From positions 27,294 through 91,293 of the forward strand of contig JBFXLE010000018.1 of the NCBI GenBank assembly GCA_050173015.1: a stretch of 64,000 nucleotides of DNA, read 5' to 3'. This document shows, piece after piece, positions 22,727 to 33,020 of this stretch. The notes under the pieces are model-generated. The model searched no databases, was not told where the DNA came from, and saw nothing but the letters and a program-made list of their open reading frames with translations. The number at the start of each line of letters is the position of its first letter. Position 1 is the first letter of the stretch. The DNA comes from Calditrichaceae bacterium (lineage in GTDB: Bacteria > Calditrichota > Calditrichia > Calditrichales > JBFXGD01). Position numbers and translations under genes: made by a program.

Positions 22727-23341
22727 ATGAAATCTAAGGCATTCATTATATCCCTATCTTTAATTGTATTAGTAGGGTTGGTTACAAGTTGCTCTGAGGC
22801 TCCTCAGACTTTAATTGACGAAACAAAAGCTGCTTTTGATGCCGCGAATCAGGCCGAGGTAAATCGCTATTTACCGGAACTGTACAATGAGGCACAGAGT
22901 AAAATGGACTCCGCCATGACTGAAATCGAATCTCAAAATTCGAAATTTTCATTGATGCGCAGTTATTCCAAGGCCACTGCCTTGTTGCAGTCAGCTTCAG
23001 AAACAGCCGGAAAATCGGTTGAAGCGGTAGCATTGAGGAAACAGGAAATTCAAAAGGAAACCGAAACATTGTTTCAGGATTTAGACAATTCAATGAAAGA
23101 ATCCGGAATTTTGATTTCTAAAGCTCCTAAGGGTAAAGAGGGGCGCGCGGCTCTTGAAAGTATTCAAAATGAGCTGAAAATTGTCGAAACGGTTGTTAAC
23201 GAAGCGAAATCAGCTCAAAACGGTAATGATTTCCTTACCGCCCGTGATAAAGCCAGAGCAGCGCTGGACAAGGTAAATTCACTAAATGCTGAACTGCAGA
23301 CCGCGATTGCGAAAAAAATGGCGCTTCAGGGGAAAAGGTAA
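22727..23341 (+). CDS. Alpha-helical, Ala-rich lipoprotein (DUF4398-like)
   Basis: RBS AGGAGG; lipobox VTSC; helical repeats; no catalytic motif seen. Confidence 0.75.
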   Translation: MKSKAFIISLSLIVLVGLVTSCSEAPQTLIDETKAAFDAANQAEVNRYLPELYNEAQSKMDSAMTEIESQNSKFSLMRSYSKATALLQSASETAGKSVEAVALRKQEIQKETETLFQDLDNSMKESGILISKAPKGKEGRAALESIQNELKIVETVVNEAKSAQNGNDFLTARDKARAALDKVNSLNAELQTAIAKKMALQGKR

Positions 23342-23374
23342 TCCTTTTCTTAACAATTTTAATTCATTAACTTG

Positions 23375-23414
23375 CGTTCCGCCGCAGATGTGTACGTGGC
23401 GGAACGTTTTTTTT
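23375..23414 (+). terminator. Intra-operon intrinsic terminator after the lipoprotein gene
   Basis: CGTTCCGCC...GGCGGAACG stem followed by a T tract. Confidence 0.8.
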
Positions 23415-23446
23415 AATTTCCTGAATTTTAACAGATTTACTAAACC

Positions 23447-24595
23447 ATGTTTATTAAAAGAAAATCAAAAAAAAACATATATATCAAGATTATACTGACG
23501 GCTGCTGGAATCTTACTTATAACCCTGTTTATTTTTTTTGCGTTCTATAGAATAAATAAACCACCCGTGAGCGCGTTTATAAAAATGGATACCGCGGTAA
23601 ATCAGGCCAGAAAAACCGGATCGGATCGATATACCCCGCTCCATTGGCAAAAATTAATCGCCGACCAGGCAAAAGCAAGGCAATCCTGGGACGCGGAGAA
23701 TCTTAAACCGGTTTTTCTTCGCAATTACAGGGATGCACTGTTAATGGCGGACCAGACTGTTATAGATGCTATCCATCTAACTTTACTGGTGCGCGCGAAG
23801 AGCGACTCCATAAAAAATTCATTAACCATAGGGATTCCATATCTCAAAAATGTCCTCAGCGATTACAAAAATCGGTATTCACATCTGCCTGTTTCAAAAA
23901 GTTCCCAAAATGAAACCATCACCGGTGAGTTGCTGCTTTTGGAAAGCGAATACGCCGCGGAAAGAGGCGATTATATTCTTGCCTCAAAAAAAATGAATCT
24001 GGCAGCAGGAAAAATTGAGAATGCAAAATCAACCATTTCCGGGATAATAACCGAATATCTGGCCGGAATGCCTGTGTGGCAGAAATGGGTCGAAGAAGCT
24101 TTGGCAGAATCAAGAAAAGAAAAGACAACATTAATTGTCATTGAAAAACTTGAGCATTTTTGCACCGTTTATACAGCAGGAAAATTAAGCGACCAATATA
24201 AAATTGAATTAGGCCCGAACTGGATTGGGCCAAAAAGCTTTAGCGGCGATAAAGCTACCCCGGAAGGAATTTATAGAATAATCAAAAAGAAAATACCGCC
24301 GCAGACAAAATATTATAAAGCGCTTGAATTAAATTATCCCAACGATACGGACCGGCAGCGATTTGAATCAGGGATTAAAAACGGAACCCTTCCGTCGTTC
24401 TCTCAAATCGGGGGATTGATTGAAATACACGGCGGAGGAGGCCAGGGTTTTAACTGGACAGACGGATGTATCGCCCTGCACAACAGCGACATGGATAGAG
24501 TGTATAATTCAGTTGAAACAAATGCAAAGGTAATCATTGTTGGATCACTTAAGCTGCAGCATCATCTGCTATTTGATCCATACTTGTCAAAATAA
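23447..24595 (+). CDS. Membrane-anchored L,D-transpeptidase (YkuD domain) with helical N-terminal region
   Basis: N-terminal TM; GDKATPEGIY, LNYPN, IEIHGG...WTDGCIAL catalytic motif. Confidence 0.88.
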   Translation: MFIKRKSKKNIYIKIILTAAGILLITLFIFFAFYRINKPPVSAFIKMDTAVNQARKTGSDRYTPLHWQKLIADQAKARQSWDAENLKPVFLRNYRDALLMADQTVIDAIHLTLLVRAKSDSIKNSLTIGIPYLKNVLSDYKNRYSHLPVSKSSQNETITGELLLLESEYAAERGDYILASKKMNLAAGKIENAKSTISGIITEYLAGMPVWQKWVEEALAESRKEKTTLIVIEKLEHFCTVYTAGKLSDQYKIELGPNWIGPKSFSGDKATPEGIYRIIKKKIPPQTKYYKALELNYPNDTDRQRFESGIKNGTLPSFSQIGGLIEIHGGGGQGFNWTDGCIALHNSDMDRVYNSVETNAKVIIVGSLKLQHHLLFDPYLSK

Positions 24596-24605
24596 CTAGT
24601 AGTGA

Positions 24606-25337
24606 ATGTCGAAAATGAAAAATAATATGGATAATACATCACCCGATGCAGAAAACGCCAATGGTGAACATAAAAAAACCGGTCTCACGGGCCGCTCTTT
24701 TAAAAGGGACGGATTTATTTTGGGCCTCTTTCTCTCGATCATCATTATGATCATTTCTCCGGACCTGAGAGAATTTTATTACACCATTTCCAATCGTTTT
24801 AACCAATCTGTTCCGGCTGAATTATCAGCTAAGGAAGCGATAAAACTAAAAAGAAATATTGAAAACCTTAAGCACCGGTACAACCGGTTAATCCCCTACT
24901 CGCCATATATGATTGTAAATACATCCGGAAATGAATTTTATCTCAAAAAAGGTCTGAAAGAATTATACAGAGGAGTTTGTTCAACAGGAAGCTACACTTT
25001 GCTAAAAGCCCGGGACGAAAGGCAGTGGATATTTAAAACGCCCAGGGGTATGTTCCGTGTTCAGACCAAACTTGTTGCTCCGGTATGGAAAATGCCCGAC
25101 TGGGCCTTTATCGAAGAGGGCCTGCCCGTTCCTCCTCCCAATGCCTCTGAAAGATTTGAATATGGTGTTCTCGGGGACTATGCCCTGTCGTTCGGAAAAG
25201 GTTATCTTGTTCACGGCACTTTGTACAAAAGAATGCTGGGAATGCCTGTGACACACGGCTGTATCAGGCTTGACGACGACGAATTAAAACAAACGTATCA
25301 AACACTTGAATTAGGTTCGAGGATTTTTATATACTGA
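24606..25337 (+). CDS. L,D-transpeptidase (YkuD domain)
   Basis: TM segment; CSTG, TPRGMF, PVWKMPDW, LVHGT...VTHGCIRL. Confidence 0.9.
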   Translation: MSKMKNNMDNTSPDAENANGEHKKTGLTGRSFKRDGFILGLFLSIIIMIISPDLREFYYTISNRFNQSVPAELSAKEAIKLKRNIENLKHRYNRLIPYSPYMIVNTSGNEFYLKKGLKELYRGVCSTGSYTLLKARDERQWIFKTPRGMFRVQTKLVAPVWKMPDWAFIEEGLPVPPPNASERFEYGVLGDYALSFGKGYLVHGTLYKRMLGMPVTHGCIRLDDDELKQTYQTLELGSRIFIY

Positions 25338-25338
25338 T

Positions 25339-26166
25339 ATGAAAAATAAAATATTAGAAATCATTGTGACATTAAAGTCGAAATTCAAATCGTACTATAC
25401 TGAATTAAAAAAAGATAATCGTACACTCCGGAAATTCCTGATCAGTCTCTTTTCACCCGTGATTATCGTTATACTACTCTTCCTTATCTTGCCGCTGACA
25501 TGCGCAAATAATGAATCCCTTTCTCCGGAAACCTCTGGTGAAGATACAAAATCTGTTAAAAAGTCCGAAGCAAATTTGGGAGAATTGGAAACAGAGGAAC
25601 ATTTCTGGAAGAATCGTATTAAGCTGGCAAAGGATGATTCAATTTATCTGGTGATTAATCTCAGGGACAGCCTGGCGATTCTCGAAATAAAAGGCGTACC
25701 GCTTAGAGAAAGCAGGATTATCACATATGACAAAAGCAGCCTTTTGGCCGCCGGTAACAGATTCATTCATGTAGAATCCGCTTATACGCTTCAGAATGAC
25801 TGGGCGACGGTCACAAAAGCTCCTATAAAAGTGAAAATAGCCCCTAAGGACACCATTGAAGCCGGAAAAGCTGAGCAGCAACAGATTTACAATGAGGAGA
25901 GTGATGTCAGTTATACGCTGCTTTTTGATCATGATATGAGAGTCGAAATCAGACAATCCGATGAATCCTTTATTCACAAACGACTGCATTTTATGTATTA
26001 CCATTTGAAATCCGTATATTTTCAATTAAGCGGGGATTTCAAAGAATTCTCGCGTTTAAGGCCGCCCAAAACCCAATTATGGCTTGAATTGGATCTCGCG
26101 AAGGATGACGCGAAAGCTATTTATCGCGCCCTGCCTGTGAACGCGAAAATGCTGATATATTTATAG
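25339..26166 (+). CDS. Membrane-anchored hypothetical protein, possibly a degenerate YkuD-like fold
   Basis: TM plus coiled coil; YLVINLRDSLAILEIKG resembles the first YkuD strands; C-terminus resembles the neighbour's but has no His/Cys motif. Confidence 0.6.
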   Translation: MKNKILEIIVTLKSKFKSYYTELKKDNRTLRKFLISLFSPVIIVILLFLILPLTCANNESLSPETSGEDTKSVKKSEANLGELETEEHFWKNRIKLAKDDSIYLVINLRDSLAILEIKGVPLRESRIITYDKSSLLAAGNRFIHVESAYTLQNDWATVTKAPIKVKIAPKDTIEAGKAEQQQIYNEESDVSYTLLFDHDMRVEIRQSDESFIHKRLHFMYYHLKSVYFQLSGDFKEFSRLRPPKTQLWLELDLAKDDAKAIYRALPVNAKMLIYL

Positions 26167-26253
26167 ATTGAAATTCAGGAAATGATTGAGATGAAAAAGA
26201 TACTGTCCAAAAGCAATTGGACAGTATCTTAATCTGAAAGTCCTGTCACGCGA

Positions 26254-26280
26254 AACCCACGATTGAACTCGTGGGCTATT
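26254..26280. repeat. REP-like palindrome between convergent genes
   Basis: AACCCACGATTGAACTCGTGGGCTATT; CCCACGA/TCGTGGG stem. Confidence 0.5.
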
Positions 26281-26292
26281 AAGGCAACGGTG

Positions 26293-26505
26293 TTAGTCTG
26301 TTAACCCATGCGCTTTTTTTGAAGCTGATTGATTGATTTCCAGGTCACCCTGTATATCAGATACTGCCGAATGGAGACCTCTTTTAAATTCATTTACGCT
26401 GCTTCCAAGAGCTTTGGCCATTTCCGGCAGCCTTTTTGATCCGAAAAACAGCAAGATCACTAAAAATATGACCATCAGCTCTCCAAATCCGATGCTCCCT
26501 AACAT
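26293..26505 (-). CDS. tatA: Twin-arginine translocase TatA/TatE subunit
   Basis: IGFGELMVIFLVILLFFGSKRLPEMAKALG...EFKRG; RBS GAGGA. Confidence 0.93.
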   Translation of the reverse strand: MLGSIGFGELMVIFLVILLFFGSKRLPEMAKALGSSVNEFKRGLHSAVSDIQGDLEINQSASKKAHGLTD

Positions 26506-26669
26506 TTCTTCCTCACTTTTATTAATGTTTTCTCTAAAAAGTATATTTATGTATTTTATTTAGCCCGGATTTGATTAAGATCCGGGCATATCAGACAGCT
26601 CAACACACTTGATATCCTATCTGATCACAAAAATATGTTTCACTGTTAAATGAATACCTGATGACCAGA

Positions 26670-26831
26670 TCAGGCCTTTTTTAATCTTTTCACATTTTTT
26701 ACGGGTGGAAGATCATTTGGTTTATTTTTCTTGGTGTCGGAAGTTAATCCGATATAAAACACATAGACCATCAGACCAAATAACGTGACGCCCATCGTAA
26801 CCACCAGGGCTATATCAATAATTTCATTCAT
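26670..26831 (-). CDS. Small single-pass membrane protein, 53 aa (below the ORF-track cutoff)
   Basis: AAGGAG RBS then MNEIIDIALVVTMGVTLFGLMVYVFYIGLTSDTKKNKPNDLPPVKNVKRLKKA*; hydrophobic helix plus basic tail. Confidence 0.7.
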   Translation of the reverse strand: MNEIIDIALVVTMGVTLFGLMVYVFYIGLTSDTKKNKPNDLPPVKNVKRLKKA

Positions 26832-26932
26832 TGGGGTACTCCTTTGATTGATTGCAAAAACTCAAAACACCTGTTTTTATCAAGCATTCTTAAAATCAGA
26901 ATGTAAAATTAAAACAAATTTTGAGAGCGCAC

Positions 26933-27304
26933 TCAACCATCCGAAGTATGGAGAGCTAACGGAAGTTTATAAATAATAAACGGGGAATTTTTAAATAAAG
27001 CATTGTTCTGCAGGTAGTCGCGGATGCTTTCATCCTGAGTCGCGTCGACACCAGATCTTGAATTTAGATAGAGAACCTGAATTTGATTACCCTGGAGAGT
27101 TCTCGTCTCCTGATAATTCTGCGTCCATGTGTATTCATCCGCGTTCATAATCGCCAATGAATTCATGTTATCAGAAATACCATCCGGTTCTGAACACGCA
27201 TGACTCGCCTGTCCGTGATTGAACGGCAGCAACAATAATACCTGGACCAGTATCACGGTTATGGCGGTAATTTTCTTTATCAGATTCATTAAAGCTTTTC
27301 TCAA
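26933..27304 (-). CDS. Hypothetical exported protein
   Basis: ORF with an N-terminal signal-like hydrophobic stretch; start uncertain. Confidence 0.5.
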   Translation of the reverse strand: MRKALMNLIKKITAITVILVQVLLLLPFNHGQASHACSEPDGISDNMNSLAIMNADEYTWTQNYQETRTLQGNQIQVLYLNSRSGVDATQDESIRDYLQNNALFKNSPFIIYKLPLALHTSDG

Positions 27305-27473
27305 ATGATATTCGTATAAACGTAAAATTACGAATATTTGTTTCCAATAAGCAATGGCGATTTTAAAGATTTTAAAATTTTATTGGTTTATTTTTCTCGC
27401 CGCGAGCCGCATTATTCAGATCACAAAAAATTAATTATCAAACGGACGGGCATGCTTGAAATTTTATAAAAAA

Positions 27474-28337
27474 TCAGGTAGCCGGATTTACGGCATTGTA
27501 AAGCGCCGAATAGTCTTCTTCCTTTAATCCTTTTTCAATCGCATCGACAAGGATCTTTCGCACACCTTCAAGTTGCGCAGTATTCAAACCGGCCTTTGAC
27601 GATGAGTTAAGAATTAGGTCAACGTCTTTCAGGAGATGCTTCACCGGAAAGTTAGGAGGAATAAAATTACGGTTCTTCATATTATCCAGTTTTTTATCAA
27701 ATGTCGGCGCGTACAAGGCGCTGTTTCGAAGTACACGCATAAAAATATCGGGATCAACACCGGCATGGAGCACCAGCCCCAGGCTAAGTGAAAATGAGGC
27801 GGTTAGTGAAGCAATGAGTTGATTAAGGGCTAATTTTAATGCGGATGCCTTTCCCACTTCCCCGATATGATAGACAGTTGAACCAAAAATTTTGAATAAA
27901 CTCTCGTAAGTATTGAATTGTTTTTTTGTGCTTCCGGCCAGAATAAACAACTCCCCCGCTTTGACCTGCTGAATACTGCCCAAAACCGGGGCTTCAAGAT
28001 ATTCCGCGTTGTAATCTGAAAATTTTTCCATAAGACGCCGGCTATCGTCCGGCGCGATTGTCCCCATCTGGATGATGGTTTTTTCTGCGAGAGACGTTTG
28101 AATTTCTGCAGACAACATGGTTTCATTAACCGCTTTAAAATCCGAAAGCATCAGGATAATAACATCGGAGTTCATCACGGCTTCCCGCGGATCTCCAGCT
28201 AAACGCGCTCCCTGCTCAACCAACAAACCGACCTTTCCGGCTGTCCTGTTAAAAACAGTTAATTCATACCCGTTTTTTAAGAGCCTTTGAGCCATGGGAA
28301 AACCCATTAATCCTGTTCCCACAAGGGATATTTTCAT
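27474..28337 (-). CDS. NAD(P)-dependent oxidoreductase, 3-hydroxyisobutyrate dehydrogenase family
   Basis: VGTGLMG, FNRT, EAPVLGS, LKLALN, FPVKHLLKD. Confidence 0.9.
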   Translation of the reverse strand: MKISLVGTGLMGFPMAQRLLKNGYELTVFNRTAGKVGLLVEQGARLAGDPREAVMNSDVIILMLSDFKAVNETMLSAEIQTSLAEKTIIQMGTIAPDDSRRLMEKFSDYNAEYLEAPVLGSIQQVKAGELFILAGSTKKQFNTYESLFKIFGSTVYHIGEVGKASALKLALNQLIASLTASFSLSLGLVLHAGVDPDIFMRVLRNSALYAPTFDKKLDNMKNRNFIPPNFPVKHLLKDVDLILNSSSKAGLNTAQLEGVRKILVDAIEKGLKEEDYSALYNAVNPAT

Positions 28338-28396
28338 GTCGCTGCCTCCCGTTCATTTTTGTCTTCTCCGAACTGCGTCAAATTGCCAATCTTCTC

Positions 28397-28427
28397 AAAA
28401 AAAAAGCCCCTCGATCGAGGGGCTTTT
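28397..28427 (-). terminator. Intrinsic terminator of dnaK
   Basis: AAAAGCCCCTCG-AT-CGAGGGGCTTTT with a 9-A tract (U tail on the minus strand). Confidence 0.85.
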
Positions 28428-28438
28428 GGCTATATACA

Positions 28439-30379
28439 TTAATTCTTTTGGTCGTCGTCAACAACTTCATAATCAGCGTCTTCGACTTTTCCTTTTTGAG
28501 CTTTTCCATCAGCGCCGCCGTCTGTTTGTCCCGCTCCGGCAGCACCTGCTCCCATATCCGGCCCGGGCTGTCCCTGAGCCGCGCCCTGAGCGTACATTTT
28601 TTGAGCTGCTTCATTCCAAACCGCATTCGCGGCATCAAAAGCTGACTTAATTTCATCTTTATTGGTGCCTTTCAAGGCTTCCTTTAGCCTGCCGATCGCC
28701 GTTTCAATTTTTGATTTATCATCGGCGCTGATTTTATCACCAAGTTCTGTGAGCTGTTTTTCTGTCTGGTAAACCAAAGAATCAGCCTGATTGCGTGTTT
28801 CGATCTCTTCTTTTTTCAATTTGTCTTCAGAAGCGTGAGCCTGCGCGTCTTTTTTCATTTTTTCAATTTCCTGCTCAGACAATCCGCTGGAAGCTTCGAT
28901 ACGAATGCTCTGCTCCTTACCCGTGGCTTTATCTTTTGCCGATACATGCAGAATTCCGTTCGCGTCAACATCAAAAGTCACTTCAACCTGCGGAACGCCT
29001 CTAGGTGCAGGTGGAATACCGTCAAGGAAGAATTTACCGAGTGAACGATTTCCGGCGGCCATCTGACGCTCACCCTGCAGAACATTAATTTCTACCGATG
29101 TCTGACTGTCAGCCGCGGTCGAGAATATCTGTGATTTTTTCGTTGGAATCGTCGTATTGGATTCGATCAATTTTGTTGAAACCCCGCCAAGTGTTTCGAT
29201 ACCCAGTGACAACGGGATCACATCGAGAAGAAGAATGTCGTTTACTTCACCGGTTAATACCGCGCCCTGAATAGCCGCGCCGAGAGCGACAACTTCATCC
29301 GGATTCACACCCTTATGCGGTTCTTTTCCAAAATATTGTTTTACGATCTCCTGGACCTTTGGAATACGTGTAGAACCGCCAACGAGAATGACCTCGTCTA
29401 TATCGTCGGTTTTCAGATTCGCGTCTTTTAACGCAATTTTACATGGTTCAAGCGCTCTCTGCACCAGGTCGTCAACAAGCTGTTCAAATTTTGACCGGCT
29501 GAGCGTAATATTTAAATGCTTTGGACCGGATTCAGTTGCCGTAATAAACGGCAGATTAACCTCCGTCTGCATTGATGAAGAAAGCTCAATTTTCGCTTTT
29601 TCCGCTGCTTCTTTCAGTCTCTGAAGCGCCATTGGATCTTTCCGAAGGTCAACCCCTTCTTCCTTCTTAAAGTGATCCGCGAGAAACTCAATGATTCTCT
29701 GATCGAAGTCGTCACCACCCAGATGTGTATCACCGTTTGTCGATTTTACTTCAACAACATTGTCACCGATTTCAAGTATGGATATATCAAAAGTACCACC
29801 GCCAAGGTCGAATACGGCAATTTTTTCATCTGATTTTTTATCAAGACCGTACGCGAGAGATGCTGCCGTCGGCTCATTGATGATTCGTTTAACATCAAGA
29901 CCCGCTATTCTTCCGGCATCTTTAGTAGCCTGCCGCTGAGCATCATTAAAGTAAGCGGGAACCGTAATCACCGCTTCAGTCACCTTCTCGCCAAGATAAT
30001 CCTCGGCAGTCTGTTTCATTTTCTGCAGAATCATCGCGGATATTTCCGGAGGTGAATACTGTTTATCTGTGACATCTACCATCACAACGTCATTTGTGCC
30101 TTTTTTAACTTTATAAGGAACTTCTTTCATTTCATTGCTGACTTCATTGTAAAAGCGACCCATGAAGCGTTTAATCGAGAAAACAGTGTTCTCAGGATTA
30201 GTAACCGCCTGACGCTTTGCAGAAGCACCGACAAGCCGTTCACCTTTTTTTGTAAAAGCGACAACCGAAGGAGTTGTACGACCACCTTCCGAATTTGGAA
30301 TCACAACCGGTTCCCCGCCTTCCATCACCGCGACTACCGAGTTCGTCGTTCCAAGGTCAATTCCTATGATTTTTCCCAT
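28439..30379 (-). CDS. dnaK: Molecular chaperone DnaK
   Basis: [35 protein letters not shown]. Confidence 0.99.
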   Translation of the reverse strand: MGKIIGIDLGTTNSVVAVMEGGEPVVIPNSEGGRTTPSVVAFTKKGERLVGASAKRQAVTNPENTVFSIKRFMGRFYNEVSNEMKEVPYKVKKGTNDVVMVDVTDKQYSPPEISAMILQKMKQTAEDYLGEKVTEAVITVPAYFNDAQRQATKDAGRIAGLDVKRIINEPTAASLAYGLDKKSDEKIAVFDLGGGTFDISILEIGDNVVEVKSTNGDTHLGGDDFDQRIIEFLADHFKKEEGVDLRKDPMALQRLKEAAEKAKIELSSSMQTEVNLPFITATESGPKHLNITLSRSKFEQLVDDLVQRALEPCKIALKDANLKTDDIDEVILVGGSTRIPKVQEIVKQYFGKEPHKGVNPDEVVALGAAIQGAVLTGEVNDILLLDVIPLSLGIETLGGVSTKLIESNTTIPTKKSQIFSTAADSQTSVEINVLQGERQMAAGNRSLGKFFLDGIPPAPRGVPQVEVTFDVDANGILHVSAKDKATGKEQSIRIEASSGLSEQEIEKMKKDAQAHASEDKLKKEEIETRNQADSLVYQTEKQLTELGDKISADDKSKIETAIGRLKEALKGTNKDEIKSAFDAANAVWNEAAQKMYAQGAAQGQPGPDMGAGAAGAGQTDGGADGKAQKGKVEDADYEVVDDDQKN

Positions 30380-30427
30380 TAGTTATTCTCCTGGTTATAA
30401 TAAATACACAATTTTTACATAAAGAAC

Positions 30428-30444
30428 TACAATAAATATGCCAA
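30428..30444 (-). promoter_or_regulatory. Sigma-54-type -24/-12 promoter of dnaK
   Basis: Minus strand TTGGCATATTTATTGTA about 50 bp upstream of the ATG. Confidence 0.65.
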
Positions 30445-30611
30445 AACCATTTCAACTCCTGTAAATCTTATATTTACAACGTCTTGGACGCATTTATCCA
30501 CTCAAGTCCTTATGAATTCCCCAAAATCAAATTCCGACATATTGACAGATTTCACGTGATATGTCAGGTTGCCCGCAATAATCACTGCCATCTTTGGTAA
30601 CGATCATTTCT

Positions 30612-30649
30612 AAAATAAAAATGCCGCCCGGATGGACGGCATTTTATTT
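30612..30649. terminator. Intrinsic terminator of degP
   Basis: AAAATGCCG...CGGCATTTT hairpin with A/T flanks. Confidence 0.75.
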
Positions 30650-30671
30650 ATCGCTTTATAAAAAATATAAT

Positions 30672-32195
30672 TTACGGAATCTGTATGAACAACAACCGAT
30701 CAAAATTCTGTCCGGTCATTTTTCTTCTTATTTTCAGTTTTATGACATCACCCTTGCTGTATTTTGAAAGGCGATTATGAAAATCATCGACGGATTCAAT
30801 ATTTTTACCTTCCATCTGATAAATGATATCACCTTCACCGATGCCAGCTCTTACCGCGGCGCTGTAATTGGTTACCGAGTAAACTTCAACACCACTTTTT
30901 AACTCGAGATTTTTTAACCGGGCGCCGGTCAGATCCCTGACTTTCATACCCAGGTTAGGAATATTTTTCTCCATTTTTTGTTCCGGCTTCTCCGCGATCC
31001 CCTGGGTTTCCAGATCGTCCCTTCCCTCAAGAACGGCGCTCAGACTCATCTTTTTCCCGTTTCGCCAAACTTCCAGCTGCACTTTTTCCCCTGGATTATA
31101 GGTTCCTATCTTAGCCTGAAGTTCGTTTGGCTGGTTTACTGCTTTTCCGTTGACGGTCAGGACAACATCCCCTTCTTTCAGTCCGGCTTTCTCCGCCGAT
31201 TTTCCGGGAATGACGCTTGAGATAAACACTCCGCGCGGTTTATCCATTTTGACGCCCTTAGCTTTTACGGGATTCATCGCTTCGATATAAACACCAAGAT
31301 ATCCGCGGCGAACTTCACCGAATTTTAGTAAATCGTCCACTACGCTTTTCGCGATATTGATCGGCACAGAGAATCCATATCCCATGTAATAATTTGTCCG
31401 GGTCGCGATGGCTGAATTTACGCCGATGACTTCACCCTCCAGATTGACAAGCGCCCCTCCGCTGTTACCGGGATTGATCGCCGCGTCGGTTTGAATGAAA
31501 TTTTCAATGCCGTTCGGCATATTCTGGTCACGAAGAATATTAATATCTCGGCTTAGAGCGCTAACGATACCCGCCGTCACGGTTGATGTCAGATTCAACG
31601 GACTTCCCATTGCCATAACCCATTCACCGATTTGAACATTATCCGAATTCCCGAGAACGGCAATCGGCAGATCCTCCGCCTCTATTTTTATCAGGGCGAT
31701 ATCGGTTGTCGGATCGGTTCCGATGATTTTTGCCTCATATTCGGTGTTATCGAGCAGCTTGACATTGAGCTCATCAACATCGTTTACCACATGATGATTT
31801 GTCAAAATATATCCGTCTTTGCTGATGATAATTCCTGATCCAAGTCCGTTTTGCGGCACTTCGCTCTGGAACTCATCTTCCGGTACATCCTGCCGGTCCC
31901 TAAAGAATCTGTAAAACGGATGTACTTTGATATTTTTTGTGGTGTATATCGCGACGATCGACGGACGTACCTTTTTTACCATATCCACGAACATAGCGTT
32001 GGGATTAAAATTTCCGGCGGTCGATATCTGTTGCGGTTGATCAGCCTCTCTGGATTCGGTGTAAATTTTATTCTCATCAACAGCCGCGTTACTTTTCGAA
32101 TGTATGTTAAAATTGGTAGTAAGCACCACACCGATAATGATTCCCATGGTTACAAACCCGGCGATAACGATAAATGAGTTCTTCAAATTTCTCAT
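30672..32195 (-). CDS. degP: Do/DegP/DegQ family serine endoprotease with two PDZ domains
   Basis: GLGSGII, LTNHHV, TDIAL, QTDAAINPGNSGGAL, two PDZ regions. Confidence 0.93.
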   Translation of the reverse strand: MRNLKNSFIVIAGFVTMGIIIGVVLTTNFNIHSKSNAAVDENKIYTESREADQPQQISTAGNFNPNAMFVDMVKKVRPSIVAIYTTKNIKVHPFYRFFRDRQDVPEDEFQSEVPQNGLGSGIIISKDGYILTNHHVVNDVDELNVKLLDNTEYEAKIIGTDPTTDIALIKIEAEDLPIAVLGNSDNVQIGEWVMAMGSPLNLTSTVTAGIVSALSRDINILRDQNMPNGIENFIQTDAAINPGNSGGALVNLEGEVIGVNSAIATRTNYYMGYGFSVPINIAKSVVDDLLKFGEVRRGYLGVYIEAMNPVKAKGVKMDKPRGVFISSVIPGKSAEKAGLKEGDVVLTVNGKAVNQPNELQAKIGTYNPGEKVQLEVWRNGKKMSLSAVLEGRDDLETQGIAEKPEQKMEKNIPNLGMKVRDLTGARLKNLELKSGVEVYSVTNYSAAVRAGIGEGDIIYQMEGKNIESVDDFHNRLSKYSKGDVIKLKIRRKMTGQNFDRLLFIQIP

Positions 32196-32240
32196 GATCA
32201 GCCCTCACTCAGAATAGTAATTATTATATCATTTTATAAA

Positions 32241-32924
32241 TTAATCTCTTCCTCTAATAAGCAACAGTCGAATTAGCTGCATCAGCGCCATAGCGGCAGC
32301 AGCCACATACGTCATGGCAGCGGCATTCAACACTTTTTTCGCGCCGGTTATTTCCTGACTGACAAGCAGCCCGTTTGATTCCAACTGCACCAGGGCGCGG
32401 GTGCTCGCGTTAAACTCGACCGGCAGGGTTACCAGGTGGAACAGAACCACCGCGGCAAAAAAGACGATTCCCAGATCCATCAGAAAAGGCGTGTTCATAA
32501 ACATACCGATCAGAAACAACGGGAACGCCGCCCAGGACGCGATATTAGTTACCGGCAAAATGGTGTGTCTCATCTGAAGCGGGGCATATCCCACATTATG
32601 CTGTATGGCGTGCCCAACTTCATGCGCGGCGACGGCGAGAGCCGAGAGAGAACGGCCGCGGAAATTGTTTTCCGACAAACGTACCTTTTTCACCCTGGGA
32701 TCATAGTGATCGCTCAACTCACCGGCAACCGGTTCAATCTCCACATCGGTAATGCCATTTTGATTTAATATGAATCTGGCCGCGTCCGCGCCTGTCATTC
32801 CTCTGGATGAGCTGATATTCTGGAATTTTTTGAATGTTGATTTTACCTTAATTTGCGCCCAAATAGCAAAAATAAGTACCGGAACAAGCAGCAGCATGGT
32901 CGGATCGAAAAACGAAAAAGGCAT
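32241..32924 (-). CDS. Membrane zinc metallopeptidase (YugP-like)
   Basis: LSDHYDP, AAHEVGHAIQH, TLPVEFNAS, AAAMTYVAAA. Confidence 0.92.
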   Translation of the reverse strand: MPFSFFDPTMLLLVPVLIFAIWAQIKVKSTFKKFQNISSSRGMTGADAARFILNQNGITDVEIEPVAGELSDHYDPRVKKVRLSENNFRGRSLSALAVAAHEVGHAIQHNVGYAPLQMRHTILPVTNIASWAAFPLFLIGMFMNTPFLMDLGIVFFAAVVLFHLVTLPVEFNASTRALVQLESNGLLVSQEITGAKKVLNAAAMTYVAAAAMALMQLIRLLLIRGRD

Positions 32925-33003
32925 TTCTTTCTCCTTAAAAGTGTTTTTTATTTTTTTTAATAAACGATTTTTTATTAAATTTGTTCATCTGTATCCTGAT
33001 AAT

Positions 33004-33020
33004 AACAAATTTTGTGCCGA
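33004..33020 (-). promoter_or_regulatory. Sigma-54-type promoter of the peptidase-degP operon
   Basis: Minus strand TCGGCACAAAATTTGTT. Confidence 0.55.

Noticed and set aside
28378-29624. Overlapping and antisense ORFs in dnaK
   Set aside because: Shadow frames of a highly conserved gene, with no recognisable motifs.
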